Shown here piece after piece: positions 34,666 to 35,766 of a stretch of 35,766 bases of DNA (positions are counted from its first letter, which is position 1; each line of letters begins with the position of its first letter). This DNA comes from Gallionellaceae bacterium (GTDB lineage: Bacteria > Pseudomonadota > Gammaproteobacteria > Burkholderiales > Gallionellaceae). The position numbers and the translations under genes were made by a program. The notes under the pieces were generated by a model. It did not search any database, had not been told where the DNA came from, and was given only the letters and a program-made list of their open reading frames with translations. The stretch is from the NCBI GenBank assembly GCA_003151655.1, contig PLYB01000275.1, forward strand, positions 34,320 through 70,085. The letters are read 5' to 3'.

Positions 34666-35627
34666 GTATCTACACGCCTGATGAAGCCGCGCTGCGTAAT
34701 CTGACCGCAGAGATCGAAGCCACGCCGCCGCGCCCGCATCACAGCGCATTGCTGGAGATCGCCAATCGTCTGCGTGCGGGCTGGACTTTTCGTTATGCGC
34801 TGCATCGCGGCGGCTGGTATCGGCCCGGCGGAGTCATCGCGGCAGACGGTACGCGCATCGCGGACAATCTCGAAGCCTGGGCCAAGGCCGAGCTGGCAAC
34901 TTGCGATGATGATATGCATGAATTCGTCGAACGTTATGCCGACAGCGGATTATTGGTGACGCGTCATTCCGGTCTTACCCATTATTTTGTCGCCCCTTAC
35001 GGCCCGAGCCCCGCAGATTTTTTGCAACTGGAAGTGGAAGAGTTACAGGAAGTCTTGGATCGCAATCTGCTCGACAAGGATGCCGCACCGGAAGATATAC
35101 AAGAATTAATCGAGCCGCTGCATCCCGGCGAACTTGACGCACAAGCGGTCGGTGCGCCGCGTTATCGTTTCCGCCGCCTGCTCGATATGAGCAAAACCAT
35201 CGCCCGAGCCTCTTCCTCAGACGCGAAGACTGGCGGACTGCCGCGCCTGCTTTCCGACTGGACTCACAGCAGCGCGGCGATACGCGGCCACTTTAGCGAT
35301 CATTGGATCGTGTCACTGCGCGAGCATCAGGATCGTTACCGCAATCCGGTAACTTCAGTTTCAGTGGTGTCGCGCCATGCGCGCGAACTCAAACCGTTCC
35401 AGTGGAACACCGAACTTTCCGGCGTGGAAATGTCCTCGCAGTTGCAAGCGTTCGACCGCGCAGCCGGATATACCTCAGCTTGGTATTTTCATTTGGTAGC
35501 GGGAACTATTACACCGCCTAAAGTTGCTTACGCCGTAGCAAAGGATTTGGATGCGGGCTTTAGTTATTTGCCGGATACCGAAGCTGCGTTATTGCGGAGT
35601 TGGGTGGCTGCGCCGTATTCGGTTTGA
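34662..35627 (+). CDS. Hypothetical protein translationally coupled to the LRV gene
   Basis: 321-aa ORF. Its ATG overlaps the LRV stop (ATGA). No motif recognised and only one Cys. Confidence 0.7.
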   Translation: MSIYTPDEAALRNLTAEIEATPPRPHHSALLEIANRLRAGWTFRYALHRGGWYRPGGVIAADGTRIADNLEAWAKAELATCDDDMHEFVERYADSGLLVTRHSGLTHYFVAPYGPSPADFLQLEVEELQEVLDRNLLDKDAAPEDIQELIEPLHPGELDAQAVGAPRYRFRRLLDMSKTIARASSSDAKTGGLPRLLSDWTHSSAAIRGHFSDHWIVSLREHQDRYRNPVTSVSVVSRHARELKPFQWNTELSGVEMSSQLQAFDRAAGYTSAWYFHLVAGTITPPKVAYAVAKDLDAGFSYLPDTEAALLRSWVAAPYSV

Positions 35628-35630
35628 CCC

Positions 35631-35679
35631 CGGATTTTCTATTAGATCAAAAATCCGTCATACCGGCGAAGGCCGGTAT
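35631..35679. repeat. REP-like double hairpin at the window end
   Basis: cggatttt-(11 nt)-aaaatccg, followed by ataccggc-gaag-gccggtat. Confidence 0.55.
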
Positions 35680-35766
35680 CCAGATGATTAAAGTTCCCCA
35701 CGTAAGTGGGACAACACCATAGTTTTGTCCGCTACGCGGAGTGTTTTTATGACTGGATTCCGGCCT

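Overview
Proteobacterial-style nitrogen-fixation neighbourhood, apparently chromosomal, with accessory DNA inserted at several points. Gene order: (1) rnfABCDGE-rnfH electron-transport operon (114-5649, +). (2) A small islet of toxin-antitoxin and nuclease-like genes (5.8-8.3 kb). (3) A minus-strand block of thiopurine methyltransferase, hemerythrin-like protein and SIR2-like protein, followed by draT (8.4-11.5 kb). (4) Divergently from draT, nifHDK-nifT-ferredoxin-nifY/nafY and a small nif-associated ORF (11.6-17.4 kb), driven by a clear NifA-UAS plus sigma54 promoter. (5) Two decayed extra copies of that small ORF, interleaved with two TA modules (17.4-19.3 kb). (6) A visibly AT-richer stretch of unknown secreted, membrane and GNAT-like proteins, a tautomerase and a metallopeptidase-like lipoprotein (19.5-23.4 kb). 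(7) A TonB / di-haem / periplasmic binding protein / TonB-dependent receptor operon (23.4-29.1 kb) that has a ModE-type operator at its promoter and lies back-to-back with modEABC (29.4-32.9 kb). (8) A nucleotidyltransferase-fold gene pair. (9) A second NifA-UAS/sigma54 promoter driving an LRV-type 4Fe-4S leucine-rich-variant protein and a translationally coupled unknown 321-aa protein (33.7-35.6 kb). No rRNA, tRNA, CRISPR array, integrase or transposase was seen. Many intergenic gaps inside operons hold structured inverted-repeat (REP-like) elements of several sequence families. The most interesting candidate is a sigma54-promoted SIR2-like + hemerythrin unit sitting where draG would normally follow draT. 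All family assignments come from motif recognition by eye and need HMM or structure confirmation.
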